DNA of 64,000 nucleotides from an uncultured Thermoplasmatales archaeon (GTDB lineage Archaea; Thermoplasmatota; E2; DHVEG-1). Of the stretch, positions 44,048-53,643 are shown in pieces. The translations under genes and the position numbers were made by a program. A model generated the notes under the pieces. It had not been told where the DNA came from, made no database searches, and saw only the letters and a list, made by a program, of their open reading frames with translations. Every line of letters begins with the position of its first letter. Within the stretch, counting starts at the first letter, position 1. The stretch is taken from assembly GCA_964597365.1 (NCBI GenBank), contig CAZQXW010000007.1, positions 2,268 through 66,267 on the forward strand, in the 5' to 3' direction.

Positions 44048-45661
44048 CTATACAGGACGTATCCCTGCTTCTACTGGGGCAGACTCTATTGTAACGATCC
44101 CTCTTCGACCGATATAAGAATGCCCATTTCCAAAAACATGCGCTTCGGTGATAGGTTGAAAAGCAGGTAGGTTATTAGCCAAACACTCCCACGTATTTGA
44201 ATCAAAGTCGAATCTGTAGTGCTGCAAAAACTCTTTACCAACCCCACCATCCATCATTAACCATACATCCGTATCAGAAAATCTCCCTATTACAGGTACT
44301 CCAATAGACACAGCAACAGGTTCATTTATAGCTATTGATCCCAACTCATCAAAGGAAGAGCCATTGACCTCCCACATATGCAAAGTTTCATTGTCCGTGT
44401 TAATGGTGGCTACTCTGGTAGGGGAGAGCGCTGCCACAGGGGTTGAATTGGTAGAAGTATTTGATACGGAAGCAATCTCTGAAAGGGAGGAACCATTCCA
44501 GCGGTATAGCGAAAGTGAACCTAACCCACTGGCAATATCGGTGATAAACACATCTTGTTCGTTTAAGGCACAACTTATCTTTGGTTCAATAAGTGTAGCA
44601 GAAACAGAGTCTTGTAAGGTAATTGTTGCCGTTACCAACTGGTATACTTGAATCTCATTAGCGGTGGTATTCAAAACAATCACGCTATCCTGAGTAACTC
44701 GTTCAAGCCTGTCATACGTAGCTACCGTAAAAGAAGCAGCCGTAAAAAAATAGTCCGTAGAAGTAAGAGGATCATCAGAGACAAGCTCAAACAGATTTAG
44801 TTCATTATTAGTTGCATCTAATACCCAAAGAAGCGAACCTCGCCAGTGAGCCACATCCCTCGCCGTTATACCTGTAAAAGTTATGGGAGTCAGTTTCATT
44901 GCCGATACTCGAAAATCCGTCCTTCTATAGATACCAAGTGTAGTTAATGCCTCTTGAGCCGTTCGATCATCAAGAATTGATCGGGAAAACTCTGTAGTAT
45001 GCTCTACTGTGCTTTCTACATCTACAGTCCAATCATTTCCTGAACGCACATCCGTAATTTTGTCTTGGGAAATAGACGATACCCCCGAAGCAACATAGAC
45101 CTCCGCAAGTTTTATCCATCCTGAAGTACGAGAAGGCGCAACCGGAGATGCTGCTTCGGTACCTTCTCGAACGGCTATTTCATACCCGTATTCCTTCCGA
45201 GTGTTCACAACCGACGTAGTGATCAATTTGGTAACGGGGTCCTTGAAGTTTCGGGATTTCGCTTCATAAGGAACCTCTATAGGCCGTATCTCAACCAAGT
45301 CTATTCGATCCTGTGATCCGCCAGAATTGAAAGCTACCTGAGTATCCTCAGAAAGGAGCACCGAGAAGATGTCTCCGGCGCTTGCGGAAAAACCCCAGAC
45401 ATCTGAAGAGAGGTAATACCCTTGAGAAGAAACAGCTGCCCCAGAACGAAGCGTACACGTAAGAAGGTTGTCATGCTCTAATTCGAGTCCTCCAACAACT
45501 ACATCCTTTCCTTCGGACAGCAACCCTTTAGCCATTGTCGCGAGGGTATCAGTAAAGTTCAGGTATTGTGACAACCCTACATGATTGATGTCGGCTTCTC
45601 GAAATATCTCATTCGGAAACCATTGACTTGTCTTTATTCCTCGGCCCTCACTATACGTCAT
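44048..45661 (-). CDS. tail fibre / receptor-binding protein 2 (beta-propeller C-terminus)
   Basis: N-terminal ~220 aa paralogous to 45671..47644; repeated blade-like motifs. Confidence 0.75.
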   Translation of the reverse strand: MTYSEGRGIKTSQWFPNEIFREADINHVGLSQYLNFTDTLATMAKGLLSEGKDVVVGGLELEHDNLLTCTLRSGAAVSSQGYYLSSDVWGFSASAGDIFSVLLSEDTQVAFNSGGSQDRIDLVEIRPIEVPYEAKSRNFKDPVTKLITTSVVNTRKEYGYEIAVREGTEAASPVAPSRTSGWIKLAEVYVASGVSSISQDKITDVRSGNDWTVDVESTVEHTTEFSRSILDDRTAQEALTTLGIYRRTDFRVSAMKLTPITFTGITARDVAHWRGSLLWVLDATNNELNLFELVSDDPLTSTDYFFTAASFTVATYDRLERVTQDSVIVLNTTANEIQVYQLVTATITLQDSVSATLIEPKISCALNEQDVFITDIASGLGSLSLYRWNGSSLSEIASVSNTSTNSTPVAALSPTRVATINTDNETLHMWEVNGSSFDELGSIAINEPVAVSIGVPVIGRFSDTDVWLMMDGGVGKEFLQHYRFDFDSNTWECLANNLPAFQPITEAHVFGNGHSYIGRRGIVTIESAPVEAGIRPV

Positions 45662-45670
45662 CTACTTCTC

Positions 45671-47644
45671 CTACAATAAATCAGGCGGGTCTCCCCGATA
45701 CACACGAATCAATTCAGTAGTTGAACCATAACAATGGAGGTAAGCTGATCCTAATCCTCCTATAGGAGGCCATCCAAACCCTGAAATCTCTCCCGGAAGG
45801 TTAGTCAATACCACAACCCATTCAAACGTCTCGAAATTGAACCGCAGCTGTTTCCCGGAGAGACCCTCAGTTAAAAACAGAATAAAACTTGAAACCCAAA
45901 CATCTGTGTTGGATATCGGGGTTAAGAAAGGCCCTGAAGGAGTAGCTGCATAATCAGAAAACGGATCATAAGAACTTCCCAAACGATTCAGACTTTGTCC
46001 ATCAAACTCCCACATTTGCAGGGTGTCATCATCATCAAAATCAAACGTAACAAAGTGAATCGGGTCTAACGCTACAACCGCACAACCTGAAGCCCCGATA
46101 GATGTGTTTGCTGCGAGTTCTACCAGAGTAGACCCCTCTAATCGGTATAACGACATCGTTCCTTGGCCGCCTGTGGTATCTGTCCATATAAAATCTAACC
46201 CATTTCTTGCAGACGCCATTCTGGTATCCTGAAGGGCCGAAGCTCCTCCAGACAAAGTTATAGGACTACCCAAAGCAGATATTGACGGAACGGTAGGATC
46301 AAACTCAAAAGCTTGAATCTTGTCGTAATCGTATCCGAGCATTACACAAACGTTGTCCTTAATTCTTACAACCTCTACTGTAGCGGGAAGATTGAGACTA
46401 CCTATCTCCGCGACCTCTGTTAAGGTAATCGCATTAACTGTCGTCTCCCACACATACACAACAAGTTTGTCGTTGCCCCCATCAGCAACCCAAATATAAC
46501 TGCCTGCACACCATGCCCCACTTCGTTCTAAAACTGTACTCGGATTAGCCGCCAAAGAGATGACTCCAGAAGTCGAAACAAAAGAAATTGACCCTGTTGG
46601 TTTTCTGAGAATGTTCTTGAATCTCTGATCAAAGACTCTAAAGGTGCCTCCTGTGGACCCAATAAACGTGGCAAGAAGAATCTCATAAGCAGTAGGAACA
46701 GAGGAATCAACCACAAATCCAAACGATCCGGCAACCCCTTCTGATAGCTTAACGTAATTGAGGGTACTTCCATCAAGGGTTGCGCTACCAATCGTCATAT
46801 TGGTCTGATCTTCCGTTTCCACTCTGTAAACTGTTCCATACTCCTCGGTTATATAGGAAACAAGAGCAGAGATATCGAGAGTATCCCCTGTTCCTTGAGA
46901 AACTACTCCTCCCTTAATGAGCACCTTGCTGTGTTTCGAGAAGTCCAAGACAGTTTGACCGGCGCTTACTACCGCTCGAAAAGGTTCGACAGTTGTTTCC
47001 GAATCTGTGGTCCATGTATCAGAATAGCGTACATCCTTGATATCGCTTTGTGTAATCGAGCTTACGCCGGAAGCGACATAGACCTCTGCAATCTTGATCC
47101 ACCCTGAAGTTCGACTCGGGGCCACCGGAGAAGGGTCTTCCGTTCCTTCTCGGACTGCAAACTCGAAGCCATACTCTTTTCGAGTAGGGGTTACTGCGGT
47201 AGTTACCAGTCCTGTAACAGGGTCTTTGAAGTTTCTGGGAGAATCATTATATTCCGTTTCGATTGGTCTGATCTCAACGGTATCGATCCTATCGTCCGTT
47301 CCTCCAGAATTGAAAGCAACATTAGTGTCTACCGGCACTACCACCATAAACAAAGCACCGGGATCGGCGGAAAACCCCCACGAGTCATCTACCAGATATG
47401 CTCCTTGAGACGATATCGCCAAACCCGCTCTAAGCTTTGTAGTTAGCAGAGAATCGTGTTCGAGTAGAAGACCCCCAATTACAACATCTTTGGATTGCTC
47501 AATCAAATCCCTGTGCTGAGCGCCAAGCGTGTCGGTCATGTTCAAGTAGGTGTTCTTGCCTACGGCGTTTATATCGCTATCCCTGAAGATTTCGTTTGAA
47601 AACCAGAGTCCGGTTTTGATTCCTCTGTTATTCCCCAGTTTCAT
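45671..47644 (-). CDS. tail fibre / receptor-binding protein 1
   Basis: Follows baseplate wedge; shared N-terminal anchor (RIDTVEIRP...PSRTSGWIKIAEVYV). Confidence 0.75.
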   Translation of the reverse strand: MKLGNNRGIKTGLWFSNEIFRDSDINAVGKNTYLNMTDTLGAQHRDLIEQSKDVVIGGLLLEHDSLLTTKLRAGLAISSQGAYLVDDSWGFSADPGALFMVVVPVDTNVAFNSGGTDDRIDTVEIRPIETEYNDSPRNFKDPVTGLVTTAVTPTRKEYGFEFAVREGTEDPSPVAPSRTSGWIKIAEVYVASGVSSITQSDIKDVRYSDTWTTDSETTVEPFRAVVSAGQTVLDFSKHSKVLIKGGVVSQGTGDTLDISALVSYITEEYGTVYRVETEDQTNMTIGSATLDGSTLNYVKLSEGVAGSFGFVVDSSVPTAYEILLATFIGSTGGTFRVFDQRFKNILRKPTGSISFVSTSGVISLAANPSTVLERSGAWCAGSYIWVADGGNDKLVVYVWETTVNAITLTEVAEIGSLNLPATVEVVRIKDNVCVMLGYDYDKIQAFEFDPTVPSISALGSPITLSGGASALQDTRMASARNGLDFIWTDTTGGQGTMSLYRLEGSTLVELAANTSIGASGCAVVALDPIHFVTFDFDDDDTLQMWEFDGQSLNRLGSSYDPFSDYAATPSGPFLTPISNTDVWVSSFILFLTEGLSGKQLRFNFETFEWVVVLTNLPGEISGFGWPPIGGLGSAYLHCYGSTTELIRVYRGDPPDLL

Positions 47645-47654
47645 CTATATCTCC

Positions 47655-48401
47655 CTACACAACCTGCGCGTCTATGGTCTTCGTTATCTGATTCACCGTC
47701 TGTACCCACGCCCCGATATCAAAGTACTTCTGAACCGATCCAACATGAATGTCTACTGTCTTAATGAACCGATCCTGTCGGATAAACACAATATCAAAGT
47801 CAACTCCAGAGGCTTTGATCCGCTCTATAATTGTACCGAGATAGGTGATAATCGGCCCGATTCCTTCTCCCCCAACAAAGTTCTGGTCTACGTACCCTTG
47901 ATCAGTGTCACTAACGAATAGCGATGTATCGTAGTCTACCCCTCCCTCGATTCTGATCTCAAAGTACATATTGTTGTTGTCGAAGTTCTCTATCACCTGA
48001 ACCGTAGTAAGATCATCAATGAAGTGACTTATTGCTTGGATAATAGCCCAGCGGTTGGTACGTCGCGGGTACGTTTGCTGCACTACCAAAGACCTAAAAC
48101 GGTTTCGGAATACTTGGTCTTCCTCTCCTCGATTCCGACGTGGAAGATTAATAAACGCGTTCACCAGTTCGTCAAGATTGTCTGACTCGGCAACGTCGAG
48201 ATCAAAAGACTGGATGTAGTAGTTTGAGACTGAGCGAAGAAACTCAAGCTCGTTCGCAAGAGCACCGCTGTTGAAGTCTGAAGACTCTTCTATGGTAATC
48301 TCAGGGACGGCGTCCTCTTGACCGAACAGTGCCTGATAGGTCTCATCGTTCCTATTCACCGCTTTAGACACTGCTCTGTTGAACGTCTTGATCATACTCA
48401 T
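47655..48401 (-). CDS. baseplate wedge protein (gpI/gp7-like)
   Basis: Position after baseplate J; RNRGEEDQVFRNR..; ERIKASGV. Confidence 0.65.
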   Translation of the reverse strand: MSMIKTFNRAVSKAVNRNDETYQALFGQEDAVPEITIEESSDFNSGALANELEFLRSVSNYYIQSFDLDVAESDNLDELVNAFINLPRRNRGEEDQVFRNRFRSLVVQQTYPRRTNRWAIIQAISHFIDDLTTVQVIENFDNNNMYFEIRIEGGVDYDTSLFVSDTDQGYVDQNFVGGEGIGPIITYLGTIIERIKASGVDFDIVFIRQDRFIKTVDIHVGSVQKYFDIGAWVQTVNQITKTIDAQVV

Positions 48402-48402
48402 A

Positions 48403-49479
48403 CTACACCACCGTCAGGCTGATAGTCCCCACCCGACCAACCTGTGTATCCGCTATCGTCACGTTTGCAGAAGGAAGCGTGATATCAGTGTCTTCTACTC
48501 CAAAAACACCCATTACCGCAGACACGAGTTCGTTGTAAATGATGTCCGATCCTACCCCGAGAGTGTTGATGTACTCAGTAAAAGCATCAATGATGTCGGT
48601 TTCAAGCTGATCGGTGTCTACCCCAGAAAGAACATCAATAGAGAGGGTAACATTTTGGGTTACTATCGCGGGAGACTTCACTTGAACATTCACTCCGGCC
48701 GCTCTGAATCCGGGGTTATCCTCCGTTCCGTCTCCATCAATTACGCCTTGTACTTCGGTAATCTTAGCACTCGACACACCCCCCGCGCTACCATCATCGA
48801 TGTAAAGATCAACATTCACATTAGACACGGGAGGAAACAACTCAACAACAGATACGCTGGTTATTCCCTCGACCGCCAGCGCTCCGGCAGACAGTCCCGC
48901 AAGGTTACATCTCCCCAAACCTTCAACGTAATCCTGAAAGCGTTTCTTATATGAGATGTCGGACTCTTCATCCACACCTCCCGTTGCTGCAAGAGCATTG
49001 GTAACAGAATCCACCCCAGAGATCGTGTCTTCAAGCACGGTGATCGTTCCAGAACTGACGTTGTATGCCGTTCCCACCTTCTCTGCTTCCGCTTCCACCG
49101 CCGCAGAGTCGGTGTTTCCTGCGGGTATGGTAGCGACTGCCGTAGTCAAAAAGCGGAGCCCACTGGAAGTCTTGAGTCGGGTTCCCGAAGGAATAGTAAT
49201 CAACCCGTTTGCGGCATCTCGGGAGAAGACTACGTTGGCAGTGGCCTTGGTTCCAGACTTCCTCTCAAAATCAAATACTGATTCTTGTACATTGTCGAGG
49301 TATCTCCGATAGCCAAGGTACACTGCAACGTAGAGTTCTTCTATGCTGAGTGCCGCCCCTTCGCAGAAAGAGCGAATCACCGATCCCGGAGTTACATCTG
49401 TGATCTTAGATGAGTTCGCAACAATCCACGTAATCATGTCTGCGAGTATCTCGTCAAAGGTCTTTACTGTAAAAGCCAC
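48403..49479 (-). CDS. baseplate J-like protein
   Basis: DVTPGSVIR, GTAYNVSSGTI, ATGGVDEESD, RAAGV. Confidence 0.9.
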   Translation of the reverse strand: MAFTVKTFDEILADMITWIVANSSKITDVTPGSVIRSFCEGAALSIEELYVAVYLGYRRYLDNVQESVFDFERKSGTKATANVVFSRDAANGLITIPSGTRLKTSSGLRFLTTAVATIPAGNTDSAAVEAEAEKVGTAYNVSSGTITVLEDTISGVDSVTNALAATGGVDEESDISYKKRFQDYVEGLGRCNLAGLSAGALAVEGITSVSVVELFPPVSNVNVDLYIDDGSAGGVSSAKITEVQGVIDGDGTEDNPGFRAAGVNVQVKSPAIVTQNVTLSIDVLSGVDTDQLETDIIDAFTEYINTLGVGSDIIYNELVSAVMGVFGVEDTDITLPSANVTIADTQVGRVGTISLTVV

Positions 49480-49488
49480 ACTTGCCTC

Positions 49489-51225
49489 CTACGTTACCTT
49501 CGTTACGGGCAACGACTCTTCTGCCCCTACCACACCGATGTCCATACTAATATTCAGCGCGTCTCTGCCAAGGCTCACCACCATGTTGGTTACTGCACTG
49601 ATTCTGGGGTCCTTCACCAAAGCAGTACGGATAGCTATCTTCAAGTACTTGATGGCAATCTCCGTTCCGGCTATACCTGCTTGTGCAGTTATGCCATAAG
49701 CGGCCTGCTTGATCATACTTCCAGAAGGAGTGTTGAGAATCAGATCAACCGCCTGCTCTACATTCTGGATACCACTCACCAAAGCAAGGTCCCCGCTCTC
49801 CTGAACAACAAGGTTACCGTTCTGATCGAGCCGAATATCCGTACCGTACGGGTCGCGAGCGGCATCCTCTGTCAGAATGAATTGCTCCTTATTTGCCTCA
49901 GCGTCTGTCTCTATCTGGATCGGAATGAAAATCTCATCGCCCGCAACGAGGTCAGCATTCGATGATATGTCAGCGTTCACTGAAGCAATGTAGGGCCAAA
50001 GGTCTTCATCTCCCAACTGATCCGAGGCAATACTCTGAAGGGTATCCTCTCCCCGAACCGTGTACACATTAAGACCGGAATAGGTATAGGACTGGGAATC
50101 TACGCTTCGCGACACTGTCGCAGACTCGGTATTTACCCCGGCATCAACTTCTAATTGTATGTTTCTCTCTCGCTGCCATCCTTCAGAAATCTGAAATCCG
50201 TACAGCCGAAGGCCCTCGTTGAGAGTTGCTCTGAGAAGCTCGACGCTTCCTACATAACGCTCAAAGGTGTACTTCCCCGCACGATAGGTGTCATACGCAA
50301 CACCCAAAGCAGAGAAGGCGGTATCGATGAAGTTTTTTGCCACATCCAAAGGAGAAGTAACTACTCTTGTCGTCTGTGTGAGAAACCGATTGTAGCGTGT
50401 TCTAAGCTCAAGAGAACGAGCCTTGAGAAGAGCGGTCTGGTTGACCACATTCTGAACATCTCTGTAGAGGTCCTGCACCTTATCCAAGAAGCTATCAGCA
50501 TCGTTGAGTGCAGCAAGAGGATTCTTCGATATTTTCGGAACATCCTTCCGTGTGGCTACCTTCAAAGCCTCCAGCTTTTCATACACGAACAGACTGATGG
50601 TATAGGGATACCGAAGAGGATTGTCAGAAGAGCGGTCAACGGCAAACTCAAGAAGAACACATTTGTATGCCTGTTCATCCGCGAGGTCATAGACCCGTAA
50701 TTCGTATCGGTCGAATGCTCCCTTCGCTTGTTCCTTATACCGCATAATTTTGTTACGGAACTCATAGAAGGCTGTCTTTCCGGTGTATCCTTCAGAGTTG
50801 TCAGCGACCTTGCTCGATCCTGAGACTGCCGCACCAATGTCAGTAAAGGTTTTTGCTGGCCCCTTAGTCTTGTAAGTAGGAAAGGCATGCGTGGTTCCCG
50901 AGATTCCCTTCAACGTGATCTGAAGGTTGTCAGGGCCATAGTCATCCACGAACGCATTACCAAACGTCTTTGTGATAGACACCCGCTGTGCTTCTTTGAT
51001 CGAGTAGGATTGGGGCGGCATAATGAGTGTAAATGATTCGATAATCTTTTCGCCTTTGCGATCCACTATTTCGAAGAGCCAACTCTTACTCAGAGGTCCT
51101 TCTAAAGAAACCTCGGGACCAAATCTTCCATACGGGTAAGTACGGCCGTAAGGAGACTTCTTTATGTTCGCCTCCCCAACTCCGGTTCGAGGCACCCCTA
51201 ATCCTCTATTGAATAGATCACTCAT
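49489..51225 (-). CDS. baseplate hub protein with LysM domain and C-terminal gp25/gpW-like domain
   Basis: YTVRGEDTLQSIASDQLGD LysM; YGTDIRLD..GDLALVSGIQNVEQAV..L.T..G..YG gp25-like. Confidence 0.75.
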   Translation of the reverse strand: MSDLFNRGLGVPRTGVGEANIKKSPYGRTYPYGRFGPEVSLEGPLSKSWLFEIVDRKGEKIIESFTLIMPPQSYSIKEAQRVSITKTFGNAFVDDYGPDNLQITLKGISGTTHAFPTYKTKGPAKTFTDIGAAVSGSSKVADNSEGYTGKTAFYEFRNKIMRYKEQAKGAFDRYELRVYDLADEQAYKCVLLEFAVDRSSDNPLRYPYTISLFVYEKLEALKVATRKDVPKISKNPLAALNDADSFLDKVQDLYRDVQNVVNQTALLKARSLELRTRYNRFLTQTTRVVTSPLDVAKNFIDTAFSALGVAYDTYRAGKYTFERYVGSVELLRATLNEGLRLYGFQISEGWQRERNIQLEVDAGVNTESATVSRSVDSQSYTYSGLNVYTVRGEDTLQSIASDQLGDEDLWPYIASVNADISSNADLVAGDEIFIPIQIETDAEANKEQFILTEDAARDPYGTDIRLDQNGNLVVQESGDLALVSGIQNVEQAVDLILNTPSGSMIKQAAYGITAQAGIAGTEIAIKYLKIAIRTALVKDPRISAVTNMVVSLGRDALNISMDIGVVGAEESLPVTKVT

Positions 51226-51593
51226 TGCGCCGTCACCTTTGTTTGGCCTGCGTCACTTACCTTCACCGTTACATCCAACGTGCATCCACTGCTACCCGTT
51301 GTTCCGGGTATTCCAGTTACAGTCAGTTCGTCATCCTTTCGGATAACTGGCTTTCCTTCCCCCTCCATCTTAGCTGCGGTTGCGGCCATATTTCCTATGC
51401 CCACAGCAGTGGATGTGCAGGAACCATTGGTTACTCCTATAGGAATTGTTACTTGAACACCATCGAGAAATACAAACGCCCCTCCCGCTTTCACCTTAGA
51501 CGAAGGTGCTCCTGTGAAAGTAGCAGGCGGCCCTGATACCGGAGGACCGTATGCAAGTGTAGCTGCGGTGTTCGCTACTTCCTTCAGAGCCAT
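51222..51593 (-). CDS. baseplate spike tip (PAAR-like)
   Basis: SKVKAGG..., GKPVIRKDD, DAGQTKV. Confidence 0.65.
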   Translation of the reverse strand: MALKEVANTAATLAYGPPVSGPPATFTGAPSSKVKAGGAFVFLDGVQVTIPIGVTNGSCTSTAVGIGNMAATAAKMEGEGKPVIRKDDELTVTGIPGTTGSSGCTLDVTVKVSDAGQTKVTAQ

Positions 51594-52225
51594 TACTGAA
51601 GTACCTCCAGATTTCCATTGACGGTAACGCTACTGGCTCCCATCAAGATTTCGTTCCCATTTCCATCGGTTAGGGTAAGATCACCAGTCCCCTCTACGAT
51701 AATCGACCCATCAGACACATCGATCTTCACGTAGCTTCCATCGGGAGTCTCTACTGTTATTGTACCATCTTCTGCGACTTGAACCGAGGTCCCTGATTTC
51801 AGGATTCGCCGGTACTCCAGAGGCTTTTCTGCTTCGAGCACTGTCTTTGTGAATTGCTTACTCGCAGACCCTACAGCATCACTGAGAAACTCATTTGCCA
51901 GATAAGGAATGACGGTACCGATAATGACCTTGTGCCGAGTTCCATACGATGCGTGAATCACAATCACATAATCGCCAACTGCGGGGAGGTCCATCTCTCC
52001 ATAATGCTCCCCGTCTACCAACCCCGCCTTGGTCATCACGGGAACGTTAGGAAGTTTCTGTTTATCGAAGGTCTCCAAATCACAAGTCATTCGATCAGAG
52101 TAGGTCACAAGAACCTTTGCCATGAATGGAGAGGTCAGGTTATGGAGAGGGTCCATAGTGGTGTCTTTGGTAAAGTTGATTCCTGCTTGTCTTACCTGTA
52201 CATCTCTATTCTGCTGAATGTTCAT
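51593..52225 (-). CDS. baseplate central spike (gpV/gp5-like)
   Basis: OB fold (LPAVGDYVIV) then beta-helix repeats. Confidence 0.75.
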   Translation of the reverse strand: MNIQQNRDVQVRQAGINFTKDTTMDPLHNLTSPFMAKVLVTYSDRMTCDLETFDKQKLPNVPVMTKAGLVDGEHYGEMDLPAVGDYVIVIHASYGTRHKVIIGTVIPYLANEFLSDAVGSASKQFTKTVLEAEKPLEYRRILKSGTSVQVAEDGTITVETPDGSYVKIDVSDGSIIVEGTGDLTLTDGNGNEILMGASSVTVNGNLEVLQ

Positions 52226-53643
52226 TGAATTATGTTCCTCTTGAAGATTCGATCCTTCAATCCGATCTTTTGGTTGTTGTTGTAATCGTACCCTCGGGTC
52301 ACGGTGAGGTCAGTGGTCAAAGGACCCATGTATTGCCATGTGTGTGCGATTCCCTCCACATAGAACGACCCTTCAATCCCATACACCCGGACCTTGTCTC
52401 CGATTCGAGGATCACGAAACTCCACATCCTCTTTTGATTCGTCAGGTACCATAAGGCGAAGAACCCCTGATAGGTACTCATCATTCAGCTTGAACCAATT
52501 GTACAGCGTCTGGGCGGCTCTGGCCGCAGCCCCCTTAGCTTCACCAGAAGTGATCTCTTGTTTATCTCCTGCGATAGACTCAACTCGGGTGTAGAAAAGC
52601 TCTGTGATCAACGGCTTGAACAGATACTTACCCACACGGTCCTCATCAACAATAGCCTGCCCAAGAAGAAGTCGAGCTATGTCGGACAGCTGAAAAGCGG
52701 GCTCTTTCACACTGTAGAAGGTATAGACCTCGTCCATACTTCTCGCGAGATCGAATCGTCGAAGATGACTGTTCGGTATCACAATGTCTTCTATTCCGTT
52801 CCAAACTGTCCCTTCGTTCCCGCTTGAATCAACAGTTCCATTGAATGGTGTAGGCCGAAACACAAGACACGCCTTCTCGGGAAGAGATGTTTCGTTGCTA
52901 TCTACGTGTACCCTTCGAGGACCGTTGTCTATCCAGAACTCATTGAAGGGTCTCTGTACCAATTGATCTGCCAGCTGCCAGAAAGTGAGTGACCGTTCGG
53001 TTCCGTTGAACAGTTCAAATGTTCGAGGAAGAAACGGAGACTCGGCAGAAGTCAGCCCGGATTCTGCGTCCAAGTATTCATCAAGATAAGAAATAAACCC
53101 CTTCGCTCCGATAGCCTGAAGATAGTCTCGAAACGAACTATACAGAAGCGTAATCATCTCAGCAAAGGTAACACCATCCGTAGAAGCATCGAGAATCGCT
53201 TTGCTCAATTCCGCCGCTGCATCAATCAAAGCTTCTCCATCAATTCCCAATGCTGTTCCGAGACCCATGCCTACGTTCGCGTCCACCAATAACCCACCAA
53301 ACTGTCGGCAGGTTATCGTAGCGTTTCTCCGAGGCTTGCCTTCTCTCGGATCGATCTCGCCAGTGTAGGATACTCGGGTTATGTAACCGATGAACTTGAG
53401 TACGCCAAACTCATAGATTCGAAGTACATCCATGGGTTTGAGAATGTCTAAGATATGAAGAGAGGTACTCTGCGGCATGACAGATAGTTGGCAAGAGCCT
53501 TGCGGAGCTTTGATTGACTTCTGAAATCGGTAGTTCTGAATATCTCGTGTTATATCCCGAGGTGATCCAGCAATGAACCCTTTCGGCCATTTCCAAAGGT
53601 CTACCTCGATTCTTATCTTTACTTGCCGACCATATTCGCTCAC
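52222..53643 (-). CDS. baseplate hub / tail protein (gp27-like)
   Basis: Follows tape measure; C-terminal DPRIGDKV..FYVEGIAHTW..LTVTRG. Confidence 0.7.
   Translation of the reverse strand: MSEYGRQVKIRIEVDLWKWPKGFIAGSPRDITRDIQNYRFQKSIKAPQGSCQLSVMPQSTSLHILDILKPMDVLRIYEFGVLKFIGYITRVSYTGEIDPREGKPRRNATITCRQFGGLLVDANVGMGLGTALGIDGEALIDAAAELSKAILDASTDGVTFAEMITLLYSSFRDYLQAIGAKGFISYLDEYLDAESGLTSAESPFLPRTFELFNGTERSLTFWQLADQLVQRPFNEFWIDNGPRRVHVDSNETSLPEKACLVFRPTPFNGTVDSSGNEGTVWNGIEDIVIPNSHLRRFDLARSMDEVYTFYSVKEPAFQLSDIARLLLGQAIVDEDRVGKYLFKPLITELFYTRVESIAGDKQEITSGEAKGAAARAAQTLYNWFKLNDEYLSGVLRLMVPDESKEDVEFRDPRIGDKVRVYGIEGSFYVEGIAHTWQYMGPLTTDLTVTRGYDYNNNQKIGLKDRIFKRNIIQ

Noticed and set aside
44048-47644. 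Diversity-generating retroelement acting on fibres
   Set aside because: No reverse transcriptase and no TR/VR pair with adenine-specific differences seen.
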